Shown piece after piece: positions 23,701-38,008 of a stretch of 64,000 bases of DNA. Both the position numbers and the translations under genes were made by a program. This stretch comes from Chrysomallon squamiferum (taxonomy: Eukaryota; Animalia; Mollusca), in assembly GCA_012295275.1 (NCBI GenBank), contig CM022672.1:17980001-18044000 (forward strand). Direction: 5' to 3'. Numbering within the stretch: position 1 is the first letter of the stretch; every line of letters starts with the position of its first letter. A model generated the notes under the pieces. That model had not been told where the DNA came from. It saw only the letters and a program-made list of their open reading frames with translations, and did not search any database.

Positions 23701-26700
23701 AAGAAATTAAAGACACAAAGCTGGTCTTGCGAATACATGCACTCAAAAAATCCCAGTTTTCCTTGATTGTAGGTATAATCTACAATGTGTGTGGATGGTG
23801 ATGTCTGTGAATGATGAGAGGAAACAATAGTAGATTTCAGCCTGAATAAAAGGAACTGAGAATGTAAAATATGTTAAAAACACATTCTCAGTTCACTGAT
23901 GGAAGTGTGAGCCTATGAAGTGTTCTGTCACTGGATTGAATCAAGTACAGTTTTTACTGTTACATGCAGAGGAATGTCCATAAGAGGTCGATCAGAATAG
24001 AAAGAGGTGTTAAAAAAATAAGTAGTGTTGGCAATAATTTTAATTGTTTTTTTAAATTAAATTACAGTGATGCATAACATTACATGATTTAATATTCAGT
24101 ATAACATTACGACACTTACATGAATCACATTATGTACTAATAAGAGTAGATAAACAGTATAAGCATATATAACTGTCGTAAAATGTTTTTGTTATCATTA
24201 GGCTTAATAACAATGAGTGTAAAGTCAACATTTTGATCACATTTTAATATTTGTTATTGGCACAGGTGAAATCTTGAGTTCAGTACGCATCTTGGTTGTG
24301 GATTGTAAAGTGAATAATTAAAACAATGAAGTAAACTGATGTTAAATGATAACTTAATAATATTCCAAATATGAAAGTATAAGTTAAAAAGGAAAAGAGA
24401 CTGAAAAACATACCCACAAAAAACCCACAAAAACCAAGAAGGATAAAATGTATGTCTTAAAAAGAAAAAGGGAAAGGTTCCTGATGTATTGCATTGTTTT
24501 GCACCAGTAAATGACACATTTAATAAAAGAAGGTGTAACTGGTATATTAGCTGAGGTTAAATAATCTTTGATATAAAATAAAAAGCATAGAATCAAAATT
24601 GATAGCATAAATCATTTGACTAATAAATGTGACAGGGTAAAAACAAAGAGTAATATTTCATCTAGTATTCTAATAGTTAATTGAACTTTATAACTGACAG
24701 CTTTGAAATAAAAGGTGATGTTTACAAAGAGAGAGAGAAAAAAATGTTTATGTTATCTTTAGTCACATGAATGATAATAACTTATAATAACAAAGTGTTG
24801 AGTTGATTTCTGAAAGAATAAATAATATAAGACAATGTTTAATTTAATTGTGAATTAATAATTAAAAACAATTCTTACAAACCCCCAGAGTTTATAATTT
24901 AATTATTTTGAACATTTGTTTTGATTTGTCTTTTTCCTGACTTCTGTCCAATCTGCACATTCCAGTATACATGATGTATGCAGCCTTCATTCCTGAACAG
25001 TGGTCTGAGAAAACTCTTATTGATAATCTTTTAATTAGTTCTTTGTGTGCTTAGAATGCAAACTGGTCTTAAGCTGTAAGGTAGATAAGCCAGTAATCTG
25101 TGTCATTCATTTTGTACAAATTTGTTACAGTAATTTTCTTTAAATAATGGTTTATAAACTGAAGAAATAAGTTGGGTTTTCATGACAAGTATTGATGAAT
25201 ACCAAAGATTAATTTATTTTTCCACCTTGAGGTGTGATTATTGTTATTTTCAAGTACTTAAAATAGTTTCCAATGCCAGTGTATGTAAATCTTTTGAAAT
25301 ATGTTATAATGTTGCTAATATATATATATATATATAAAATATTAACTATAAATTGAAGTGTTTTTGAAGATAATACATCTTTGGTCAAATGTAAAATTGA
25401 GACAAAATTATTTTGTTTAACTAATTATTTCCATTTCTACATAAAATCTTTTCAGTATATTATTTTTGGACACAATTCTTGTTTAACTATAATTTAGAGC
25501 AAAATAATAATTTAACTTAAACATAAATGACCAGAATCTGTAATACAGACACTGAAATTTTAAATGGTTTATATAAAAGTATTGTAAATGGAAATAATTG
25601 TGTTGATGTTGACATATATTTGCCATTTATAAGATTAATTCTTGTTATTAGTGTTCTAGATCTGCAGTATATTCAGTGTATCTGAAGTCTGGATAAAATC
25701 ACTATCGAATGATTCTTATCTTACAAAATTTATGCATCAATCAATATGGTAAAGGTGATTTTAAATAGTGAAATATTTATTAGAAAATTATTAAATGGAG
25801 CACTTAAAAGTTTTAATTGTTAAATGCACTTCCTTTTCTTTTTTCTTTTCATTTTCGTTTTGTATATTGTAATCAGATTTATACCTATATTTTGTTGTTG
25901 TGATGGACATATTTTTAACCATTTTGTTGAAACTGATTTTTAGTCAGATTATTATTGTGATATGAATGTTGTATTAGGTGTGATCTGAAATGTTTTGTTA
26001 GTGTCATATATGTCTGTCTGTTTGTATGTCTGTAGTTTGATCTGGCGTAGATATTTGCTTGTCCCTTTCATACTACTATACAGTGATACGAACACTGTGT
26101 TTGTAATATGTGTGGTATTTTCAAAAAAAAATGATATATAAGGTTGGAGATCTTATTTTCTTTATGTATGTAAGTATTTAATACAGACATTTCAAGTACT
26201 TTATTATTTTATAATGATTTATATAATAATTTTGCTTATTGAATGTTAGGTATAATATCTGGGATTATATTTATACATTTTTAATTTAGTGGGTGTTTTA
26301 TTATTATTATTTTGAGTATTCTTAAATTTAAAAAAAATAATAAAAAATCAAATAAAAATCAAATCCATTTATATCCTAACAAAAATCCATGGTCAAAATA
26401 CCAGCATCAGTTAATAGTTGTATGAAAATTGTAACATAAAATTACAAAAGATAAAACACAAATCATTATCCCAGTAAAAATAAGCATTCTAATGCAAATA
26501 TAATTCTGTAGAAAATACTAATATAGCAAGAGTAACCTCCCTTCTTTCAATCTTAGAGTACTTCTTGAAAAATGTTCAAATGATGATTATGATTATAAAC
26601 AATGAATTGGAGCTCATTGCTTTTGTATCAGAAATGCATGCAGAAGATTTACAGATGGCCAAAGCACACTGTAGTGTCTAATGCTGTTTTCTATTTATGA

Positions 26701-28253
26701 TGTAACTTTGAATAAATGTACAGATTGTGTAATTTCATGATATTTCAGATAACTTACAGGAAGGTTCAAATATTATTTGCTCAGGAAAAGTTTGTAGCTC
26801 CAGGAACTAAAATTTAGAATCTGAGCGCGGAAATTCATTGTCTGTATTAGGCAGGATTTGTTTTTGACCATCGATTACAGTATTTATTTATTTATTTATT
26901 ATTTTTCTGTTGTTTTATTTGTTACGTTGTTGGGTGAAGGTAGGAAGAATGATCTTGCTCGCATCTTGTAAGTTTATTTCTGTATTTAGTAGAAACTGGA
27001 AATTGTTATTAGCCAGACAAATAATAATACTTAATTATTTTTATGGAAATAATGAAAATGTTATTTAAAATAAAACATCTGATGTCTGATTTTTTGATGA
27101 TGTGATTTTGTGTTGTTTTAGCAATCAGAATTATAAACAGTTTTTGTTTGTTATTGTGTTAAATTTACTATTATTATTATTATTTTTTATTATTTCAATT
27201 TGTTTTAGAACTAGTATATTCACTGCTGATAATTGTATTTGTAATTAGTCTCTTGAAATTATTCATTGACAGATGTCAGATTAATTTCTGTTTTATATTT
27301 TAGTTGAACTGTAATACGGATATGAAAAGAATAAATGAATGTACAGACAAATAATTATTTAAATCACCATAAGCTTTGTCATCAATGAACGAATGATGCA
27401 TTACTGTAAATGTTTGTAATGTTTGTTAAAATGTTTACATCACTTCATCAAATCCAACTATGCACAATAACATGTTGTAAAGGATTGTTTCTTTGAATTA
27501 CATGAACCATTATAATTGTGTATTATTTGCATGTTATTTTGATTTCGCATCACTAGTATATTAGACATGTATGCTGTATATTACATTAACCAGACAGACA
27601 ATGTATGGTAAGAAATGACTAACTTTAGAGCAACTATTTAAAAAAAAAAAAAAAAAAGTTAAAAAAAAAATAAGAAGAAAAAGCTTGGGAGTTGAATTTT
27701 CTCAGTTAATTTCTTTCAAGCTTGGTAAAAAAAAAAAAAAAAAAATTAATTTTTGTTTTTGTTTTGTTTTCATAGGTGCTAATATCTAATAAACTGAAGT
27801 GCATGCATGAGGTTTAGTTTCTAATACACTCTCCTGTTTTCTGTTTAAAAATAGAATAAAAACAAAACAAATATTTCTTATTTATATATTAACAATCATA
27901 TAATACGTTTTTTTTTTTTTTTTTTTTTTTTTGTAAATTATTGTTAAAAGAAATGTATGTTAATTATCTGATGATACTCACATTCATTTTTTTTTTTTTT
28001 TTCTGAGTTGATTATTTTACTTAACCTAACGCTCTTTGTTGGTATGAATATTTTACCTGTTGGTTTTGACAATCAGCGGTTCTTTGTGAGGTAACATATA
28101 GTTACAGTTAGCACCATCATTGATCTATTATAAAAATACCAATCTAATTTTATAGGATTGATTATAACATGCACATATAAAAAAGTTTTGCACAACAATT
28201 AGAGGATACACTTTTTGTTTTTTATTTTATGTTCAAATACTCGTTTATTATTA

Positions 28254-28285
<32 letters not shown>

Positions 28286-28792
28286 GTTCTTGTTATTTTT
28301 TTAAAATTATTATTAGGTATTATATTTAGGAAATATTGCTGGGTAATATTATTGTACAATATCTACTATTTGTTTTTGTTTATTATTGTATTGTCAGTCT
28401 TTGAAAAACCTCTTTTCTGTATTTTACAAGTTTTCAGGAAGCAAACATGAATATAAAATAGGTCTGACTAACATATTTTTGTGGTTTCTACAGCACAATA
28501 TTTTTCAGGAAAGGTATTGGTACTGCTAATAAAAATAAACACAAGAAAGAAAGAACTGTAACAGATGAGAGGTTTTCTAAGAATCTTGACAAGTTTATTG
28601 TTATTTTATTTTATTTTTTTTTTTTTTAAATTATAACAGCACTTTAAATATAAGTGTACAGTGATTTCAATTTATCTTATGATTATACATATTGGGATGA
28701 AAAGGTTAAAAAAAATTTAAAACTTAAAAAACTACTATTTATTTAATATTAATATTAAATGGAACCATTATTTGAAATGGAATTTCTTTTCA

Positions 28793-28846
<54 letters not shown>

Positions 28847-31800
28847 TTTTAAACTATTTACTATTTAAAGCAGAATAAATGATGCTGTGTTTATTGATTA
28901 TGGAACTTGATTTTAAACTTCTTTTTTTTCTCTTTTTTTTAAATTATTACTATTATTTTATAAATTATTCAGATGAAATACATACTAATGAAATGAGTGT
29001 TAATAAGCATAATCAGTATTCGTTTGAACCTTTCAGCTATCAGTATTGTCAGTACTGATATAAGCTGAATACAGTATCAGCGTATTGTCAGGACTTAGAA
29101 CAAGTGTGTAATGTAACTGAAGAATATTGTTGGTAATAGTATGAACAGTGTACAGAATTGTCAATACTATTGTAAACTGAATTCAGAAAACTGTCAGAAG
29201 TAATGTCATCTACGAACCGTATCAAAATATTTTAATTTGTTTTACAGATCCTGAGAACTGGTGACACTGACATTACATTTTTAGGATTTCTTAACCATTT
29301 AAATTTTAGTTGTACTCAAAAATTGAATATAAAAATGTTTTGTATTTTTGAAAATATTAGAGCGCATACACACACACACACACTCACACTCACACTCGAA
29401 CGCACATACACACACACTCAGACGCGCATACACACATATACACACCCACACCCATACAAACATAAAACATGTTGAAAGTCAAAATGAAACAACCAGAAAA
29501 TTCTTCTTGTGTGGTGCCAGAAAAACCAGTTGCCTTTTAAAAGAGTTGAAACAATAATTTGATGTTTGTATAAAGTGATTTGTAACCTGACAGCAAAGGA
29601 CAAAAACACCATGTCCATGTCTACCTTCAGAAATAAACTCTGGTAGAAAATTGTTTTTGTGTTTTGTTTTGTACAGCACGTCAACAGTTTCTGCTGTTTG
29701 AAAGCCAAAACGTTCTTTAAAAAAAAAGTAAAGCTTTTAAAAAATAAAAAATAGGCATCAAGTACGTACAAAAACGATGAACTATCAGGAAACTTACGTA
29801 GAAGGCAAATAATTGCAAGCTAAATCAACTAAGCATATGATTACTTAGGCTTAAACCGATATGTATATAATGAGCCTACTATATTTCCATAATGACAGCA
29901 GTGTCGTATAGGTTATCTTGGATAAACAAACGGGGACGGATTGTTTGCAATTTATGGTCTTTGGATTGTGATTTATAGTCTTCTGGCAAGTATATTAAAT
30001 ATGGCGTAATGCAAAGAAAAAAAAGAAACACATATACACCCACAATCAATATTAATATACTAAACTGCAGTGATATTCAAAGAATGGGTATTTCAGAAAT
30101 TCTGTATCACGTTTTATTATTATCATTATCATAATTACCATCATTACGATCATGAATATCATATCATCATCATCATCATAAAAACAATAGCAAAATTTAT
30201 AGAAAAATAAATTTCGAAAGTTATCAAAATTATTTATTAATACTTAATATATAATTATAACTAAAATCAATGATACGTGATCTGTTGATGACTGTTTGAC
30301 GTAAGTGAGTAAATTACCAAATATATGAACATGTAGTAGCGCGTGGCCGGATTTACACGCTTCGTACTCTCTCACAGAATCTAAGAACATTAAAATGTTT
30401 ACGTGCGATCGTTGAAAGCCCGTTGTTACTATTAACAGAAGAATAGATGGCGGAATATTTCGCGTGGACTTCTTTTCTTGTTGCGTGAAGCAAATGTAGG
30501 CCGTCAAACACGACCGATTTATTTGTTAATAAATTATACAAGTTCAAACGCTGATCAGCCAAGTGATTGATCTGTTTTTCATGTATCTACTATAACCAGC
30601 AGTTAACTGTGTGCATACTAGCCAGTTGATACAAGTTAGACGTAAAAAAAACAAAAACAAGACTCAGTATTTTATAAAGAATGGATCTTGTTTCACTGTT
30701 AATAAATGAATGAATGAATAAATACTATTTGTATTACAAACAAGGATATGTTTTATGGTCTTTTCCAGATTCTTAAACGCTCCAGTCAGTGCAGGACTTA
30801 AAAAAAATCACCTATCTTTTCCAAGCAAAATGAACATGTTATTACCGATAATACACATTTCGAACTGGTCTTTGACGTTCTTGCATCGTGCAATCTCTTT
30901 TTCCCTTTTACGATATTTTCATTAAATGTCTAGTTTAATACGATCTTGCATTATATTTAAATTTTCTTTGGAAGCCATTTAACGCTATTTTTCCACCTGT
31001 TAAAAGCTAAATAATTCTGAATGAACAAACAGATTCTCTAATATTTTGGCCATATTTTCCTTTAGATAACAAAATTAGACACATGATATTTTATATTGTC
31101 TAGATTTAAATAACCTAAACCTATGCACTAACATATCAAACCAGAATATTCAGGTGTTCTGTTTAAAACTTTTAAAAAGAAATGAATGCAGTAAGTGTTT
31201 ATGTACAAAACCTTTTTTTCTTTTTGATACAAGCAGTATTATACACTGTTATAGGATTTTTGTTTTTGTTCGATGGACATTTATGTTTTCATTTACGATA
31301 TTAAAATTTGAGAAACCCAGTTACCGATATTCCTTTGTGTTAGTTATCATTAAACATCCATTCAATCTTGGTATCCATATCCACTTATTTTTTAATATTT
31401 CGATACAAATCCAAGATAACAAATACAAGCATTAAAACCGAAGACTACATTTTTATAATTATGAATCTAAAGTGCTATTTTGTTAACCATTCAGCCGAGA
31501 GCTGTTATTACAGATAAGTGTAACTGCATTGTCAATAATCTGACTGATCAGCAGACCAATAAAACTCACATATTGTTATTTGCTTTATTAAACGCTCCGG
31601 TAACCACACAGAAATACAAATATAAAATCTTTTTTCTTTTCTTCTTTTTTTTTTTTTTTTGTTAATCACAACTGAACGTACTGTTATCTAACTAAAAATG
31701 TTTATCAATACCGGCTTAGAAACAGTTAAATGTTGATCTTTGACAAGGGTACGCGTGACTTGTCCTCTCCAGTAACAAGGTTTGAGCACAGCGGAGTAGT

Positions 31801-32827
31801 TTCTTGAACAAAGTGTCTCTCATTATTGCGACATGTAGGGGGGACATGTCAGCTCAAAAAAAAAAATCAGTGTATGAGATTTGAGGTACATAGTAACCAT
31901 AGCGGGGTTGTCATTCAAATTGAAATAGCGAGGGATTGTTTTTCGAATGTGAAGGAGATTAACAATAACCTTCAATAAGATACACGTATGATATTCTCTG
32001 TAATCTACAGTCGTGTCGTATGTTACTCGATAACTCCGTGGATCTCACAGATTGCACAACAAAACAGGCTGAGATAGGATTCACCTGATGTCCAGACACT
32101 AATTTTCACGGAATGAACGACTTTGGTAATGATTTTGTGATAAAAGAAGAAGTAAAAAAAAAAAAAAAAAAAAGGCTAGTTGTGTTTTTACATAATGCAA
32201 CACAATGACTTGACTATATCATCAAAGCATTTGCTGGAAGCTTCGCGTCAGAACTGTGTGAATACACAAAACAGCAATGTTCAGTTAAAACTCTTGAATG
32301 TATTTCATTTGAAAAAAAAAACCCCAACAGTTTCATCTGTCTGAATGACAGACACAAGCTCTGATGACGTGAATAGCGAAGACTTGACAGAGATCACGCA
32401 TTGAGACACTTCGATATACTGTTCGGAATAAACCCTCGTGTTTCATCAGCAACAATGAAAGGAAAATACAGTTAAGTAAAATGCGGTTGCTTTTCTATCT
32501 TATCGTTTTATTTTTTTTATTTTTAATTATTTCTAACAATACCGACGCTCTACAAATAGCCTATTAGAATTTCGTTATACAAAAACAATTAAGAAATCGT
32601 CATCAGTTTCACTATATATATGTTATTCCAGTGTAATCAATCACCAGCACAACTTCACAATTTACATTACATTACAGATGTTACAGTCACTTCAGCTGCT
32701 TCTGTCATAAATCTAACACGGTTATTATTATTATTATTATTAACTGTAGTAGTAATAGTTTTAGTAGTATTAGTAGTAGTAGTATTAATAGTAGTAGTAG
32801 TAGTAGTAGTATTTAACAGTGTCTAGT

Positions 32828-32860
<33 letters not shown>

Positions 32861-32888
32861 ATTTAAATTATTATTATTATTATTATTA

Positions 32889-32951
<63 letters not shown>

Positions 32952-33242
32952 CTCTCTATCTCACTATCACTTCAGAGGTTTTTATAATAATAATAACAAC
33001 AATTATTTTTTAATAATAAAACCAGATGTCATATATATATACATATATAATTAAGTTTTCACTAAGTTTTGATTGTCTACATTTTAAACATTTTCTCCAT
33101 GCTTTCACTGGACCTGCGTTCCGTTCCAGGAAGTTTATAAACGACATTATAACTATCCCATCAGTATCTACACTTTTACCTCTGTTACTTAACTACGGGA
33201 CAGCACGTATTAATATGTTTTTATTGTTTTTCTGTTTTCTAG

Positions 33243-33538
33243 CCGCTGAACCTCTGAGGAACAGCCTGATCAAGCCACGTGGTCGTCCTAAAACTGGCCC
33301 AGCTCGGATATCAAAACATCGGAGAGAGTTCTCGGGAAAAAGCGACGCCACGACACACGACGGTCACGAAATCGAACTGCTCGAGTACGAATGGCCGGAC
33401 CTTCCGCCAATACCCAGCGTCAAAGAAGCCATAACCCGACAGCGGGTGAGCCGCGGGATCAGCTACCTACTTCCGGTGGACAAAGGACGCAACGCCATCA
33501 ATCATCTGTACAGAACCGACCTCAGAGCGATGTTTCAG
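33243..33538 (+). CDS. Internal coding exon of an uncharacterised protein gene
   Basis: Strong acceptor ttttctgttttctag; GC3-rich open frame AEPLRNSLIKPRGRPKTGPAR...TDLRAMFQ; donor CAG|GTTTGG. The start exon is not resolved; a candidate is ATG 32455 (MKGKY) with a weak donor near 32470. Confidence 0.8.
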
Positions 33539-33584
33539 GTTTGGTGACCTTTTTTTTTTTTAAATGAAAATAGTTTGAATGAAG

Positions 33585-33659
33585 AAAACTAGTCTTTTAT
33601 TTAATGACACCTTAAACACATTTCTAAATGTATGTGGCGTGATACATGTAGTTTAATTT

Positions 33660-33733
<74 letters not shown>

Positions 33734-33900
33734 AACGTTCTGGTAGCAGGTGAAGACTTAATCGTTTCTGTTAGCTCTTCGACATCATCTCAGAAACTGG
33801 ACTGCACAGCGGCTTTGAGAAGGTTTATAATATAAATATTTCACGGACAAACACACATTATCTACAGCCGTTATTACATGGCTCATCGTACGGCTTTTTT
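33585..33900 (-). mobile_element. Degenerate SINE-like relic interrupted by (GA)n at 33662-33730
   Basis: ttatttaatgacaccttaaacacattt resembles the reverse complement of the SINE 3' end at ~35660-35695. The microsatellite is read directly. Confidence 0.35.
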
Positions 33901-34204
33901 CAATTAGGTGCTTAAATTATGAATAACAAACAGCCATCATATCATGTTAAGTTGAATTTTGGTTTTTTAAAACTGTATATTAATTAATATGCTTGGTCAA
34001 AAATTCGCAGATGCCACCAAGTATTAATTATCAAATTTATCTCAGAGATGTTTTAGATGCTGGTGAAATGTTTAAATAATGCTGATTTAACATCGTATTT
34101 GTTTCAAATGCAATGATGATTTTGAAAGAATATAATAATATTTGCAGGCATTTTCAGTGTCAAGAAATATAATAATATTATTATATCAGGAAAAAAAAAA
34201 AAAC

Positions 34205-34253
<49 letters not shown>

Positions 34254-34349
34254 GTTTTGTAATCATAGAAGTTTAAAAAAACATTTTCATGTAACATTAT
34301 ACGTTGTTGTCACTGATGACTTTTTATTTGTCGTAATTTCACGTTACAG

Positions 34350-35005
34350 GAGCCGTACGCCAGTGCAGGGACCGATTTTGACGATGCGCGCGAAGGTCTC
34401 AGCGCGAAAGTTCACTTCCGTTCGAACACGCTGGACAACGTCTGGACCAGGAACCACGTCGACAACCTGACGATAACCCTCAACTCGGAATCGGAAAACA
34501 CAGAAAGCTGTACTCGCAGTCGGCTCCCTCGGGCGACGCCGCGCGCAGGATGGGAATCGACTCGTCGAATCTGCGCACGCGCTCGGGACTGTTTCTTCCG
34601 GTGAAGCCGAAGGTTCAGCCAGAAGCCGTCAAGATGAGGAGGGAAGCGGAAAAGTTGGCGAAAAGCGTTCAGGAAGACAAGGACGACGAATTCGAAGAGC
34701 AGATGCAAAAGGACTCGACGGACGACGAAAGCAACAAAAGTCAAACGAGCAACAGGGCTTCTGTGTTGTTAGAGCGCAGACGATCTCAGAGGAGGTCGAC
34801 GATAGTTCCTACGAAAACCAGCTACAGGCTGGAAACGTTCGAGAGTTACAAGGATTTCAAAGAGTCTCTCGCCACGAAACAAGTGATACCTCGCTCTCTT
34901 CGCTCGCCTTTCCTCAGCGATGAACAAAACCAGTACATCTGGGAGTGGCTGCATAGCGGGGACGAAATAAGTGATTTTCAGTATTTCCTTGCAATGTGCG
35001 GATAA
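34350..35005 (+). CDS. Terminal coding exon of the same uncharacterised gene, with an apparent -1 frame switch near 34495-34505
   Basis: Acceptor gttacag at 34349. Frame 0 (EPYASAGTDFDDAREG...NSESEN) is GC3-rich to ~34500 and stops at 34602-34604. The -1 frame (RKLYSQSAP...MGIDSS...WEWLHSGDEISDFQYFLAMCG*) is GC3-rich from ~34500 to TAA 35005. Confidence 0.75.
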
Positions 35006-35247
35006 TGCTTTTAACTTGATGTATATATCCTACAGTTGTTTACTTACTTGTATCAGGAATATTCTTGACCGATCATGTTAATTCAAACCTAGACCGAATG
35101 AGTTATGAATGACATGAAAGAAGGCTGCAGCCACTGACATCTCTTCCTGCCTTCCTCCAAAATAATACAACTTTACATACTGATGTATTTTTATTATTGT
35201 TATTATTATTATTATTATTTTATGAATGTACAGTTACGTAAGGTCTG

Positions 35248-35253
35248 AATAAA
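35248..35253 (+). terminator. Candidate polyadenylation signal of the 33-35 kb gene
   Basis: AATAAA ~240 nt after the stop, followed by GT/T-rich sequence. Confidence 0.5.
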
Positions 35254-35439
35254 TGTGTTTTATGTGACTGCTGTTTTCACTAACATTTAAAAAGTTGTTT
35301 GCATCTTTGAAACAACACTGCTAGATACCTTCCCCCATAATCCAGCCGAAATGCATCACCCTGTGATATGTACATGCACGTGCACACACATTTGTGATTT
35401 TACTCTGTGACAGAAGGTTAATCTTCTGGGTGCTAGCTT

Positions 35440-35700
35440 TTAGCTAATTCCCAATCCAGCCTATGCTTCACGAATGGTTATTAAAAAAAACAACCTGTGA
35501 TACGTGTTTTTTTGTTTTTTTTATTTATGCGAAGGTGAATAATATAAAAAGATTCTTGTTGATAATCGGCAAGTAGGTCAAAGAACAGCGGCAGCAGATT
35601 TTCTCAGTCATATATTGTTGAGTAAATTTTGTCTGACACCTCACAATAAATAATCGTAAAAGGTTTTGAGACGTCGTTAAACACTCATTCATTTACTGAA
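35440..35700 (+). mobile_element. Degenerate SINE (Deu/Nin-like core plus 3' tail)
   Basis: ataaaaagattcttgttgataatcggcaagtaggtca...gcggcagcagattttctc core; ends gtcgttaaacactcattcattt, followed by (cattc/tcat)n. Confidence 0.5.
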
Positions 35701-36653
35701 ATTTATTTTTTTCGTACGAATATGTTGTACATTCATTCATTCATTCTTCCGTCTGTTCATTCATTCATACTTCCGTCTGTTCATTTATGCAGCCATCCAC
35801 CCATAGCATCAATTTTTCTTTCATTCGCCCGTTCATCATTTTTTTCATTAATGCAGAGCTTACCACGAATAAATAAAATTAAATTAAAATTAAAATTAAA
35901 ATTAAAATGGTGAATCGTGAATATCTTTACAGTTCTGGTTCAGTAAACTGTATAATTTCATTACTTATTTTCAGTATAATCCTAGATTTCATTCAGATTC
36001 ATAACTTTGTCATTTTAATTTATTTTCTCAATACGTTTAACACCTAATTCACTGAATAACAAAACATTGATTTGCATACACATTCTACACCCACACACCC
36101 ACACTGCACTCACTTAATCTACTTTCATTCAGACTTATGAATTACTTTATTTAATATATATATATATACATATGTATGTATTATATATATCTAAATCTAT
36201 ATATATATCTGTATATAAAATTGTTTTCTTTCTGGACATTTTGAACATTTTCGCGTGATGAGAGAAAACTGATGCGATGATTTATTTCTTCAAAGCTGTT
36301 AAGACGTTTTGTAAGCTATTTAAAGATAATTTATATTAAAATATTATTTTTGAAACGTTAATTAATCAGTGTTTTCAGATCACCACCTCAATACATTATC
36401 ATCGTTACCATCATTTCTTTCTTTATTTATTTATTACTGCTACTTCAACAACTACTACTGATTCTGCTGCTACCAGTACTACTGTTACTGCTACTACTGC
36501 TACTACTACTACTACTATTAATAATAAGAATCATCATTTGATCATCATAGACGTTTTTGTTGTTAAAATGATGACGTTTATGGTGTTGCTGCTGTTACTA
36601 TTTTGTGCTTATCAGTTATCATCATCATTATTACTATTACTATTATTATTATA

Positions 36654-36689
<36 letters not shown>

Positions 36690-37649
36690 TTTATTTTTTC
36701 CTTTTTATTTTTTTTCCCTGTTATTATTATTATTACTTAACGAGATACATGTATAGGTGTGTTCAGGTATGAACGGGACATTAACATTACGAACTCACAC
36801 GTCTGGGAATGGGTGTGAAATGTTACTGCACCACACTCGCAATTCTCCACAGACTGACACAGGAAACGTGACTACGTGCCACTCTCTGCCTGGCGATGCT
36901 TACAGCCACCCAGGGGCTGATTCGGTACGGAACCAATTTCCATGTTGATCTCCGGTCGTGTCGTTTTGGCATTCTCACGTGCTACACATTTCAAACACGC
37001 ACACTCTTTGAACGTGTGTGTTTGGTGCAACATTTGCACTACGCCTGCAGAACGGTAGGTGCGTTTTGACCTAGCGCTGATCTTATCACTTCTAGCAATC
37101 CAAAAAACAGACATTTCGTGCATTGTTTTAATGTCAGTTCGGTGTGTTTCTTCCCGTTCCAACCAAGTGCATAAACTGGGAGTAGCTACTTTCATTTATC
37201 AGAGTGCGCTATTCTACGTATCTTTAAATAAACAAAAAAACAAAAAAAAAAAAAAAAAAACGTATTCTCACACGAAAAGACACGAAAAAGCACTTGAAGA
37301 GTAACTACGAAATATATTGCACGTATAAAAAAAGAAACGTATATACGTGTGTGTGTATGTGTATATACATACACACACATTCTATCTACCTTTCTTGGTC
37401 GCTTCTCTAATGGAATCATGCAATACTAGATATAATAGATTAGTTATATTAGTGCTACTGTAAGAAAGGAAATCAAACTGAAGGAAGAAAAACTACTGCC
37501 TAGTCTCTGCAGTGGATCGATTACTTCATGTTGCTTTAAGGTACAATTATCTTTGAAATACGATACTTAATGACATAGGAAACAGACTCATAAATCTGCC
37601 GAACTGAACCAATTCTGCCTTTTCAGGATATAATTATTTATTTTAATTC

Positions 37650-37650
<1 letters not shown>

Positions 37651-37728
<78 letters not shown>

Positions 37729-38008
37729 AAATAAACAAAAAATAAAAATAAAATAAAATAAAATAAATACAATAAACTAAAAAATAGAAAAAAAAAAAAA
37801 TAATATAAAAATACATAAATATAAAAAAATATATACATATATATAAAATATAATAAAAAAGGAAATTAAATAAATTTAAAAAATAATAATAAAATAAAAT
37901 AAAATTTAGACTCAATTTTATAAATAAAATAAAACAGATAAATAAATAAATAACAGAAAAAGTTAAAACCCGACAAAAAAAGTAAGACATAATAAAATAT
38001 AAAAAAAG
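37651..38008. repeat. Poly(A) run (~75 nt) followed by A-rich low-complexity sequence
   Basis: Direct reading. Confidence 0.9.

Noticed and set aside
34379-34381. TGA as selenocysteine or readthrough to rescue the -1 frame
   Set aside because: The incoming splice phase does not select this frame, codon bias favours frame 0 here, and no SECIS is evident in the 3' UTR.
36757-36948. 63-aa ORF after a ttcag acceptor-like site
   Set aside because: There is no partner exon, no recognisable motif and only a weak polypyrimidine tract.
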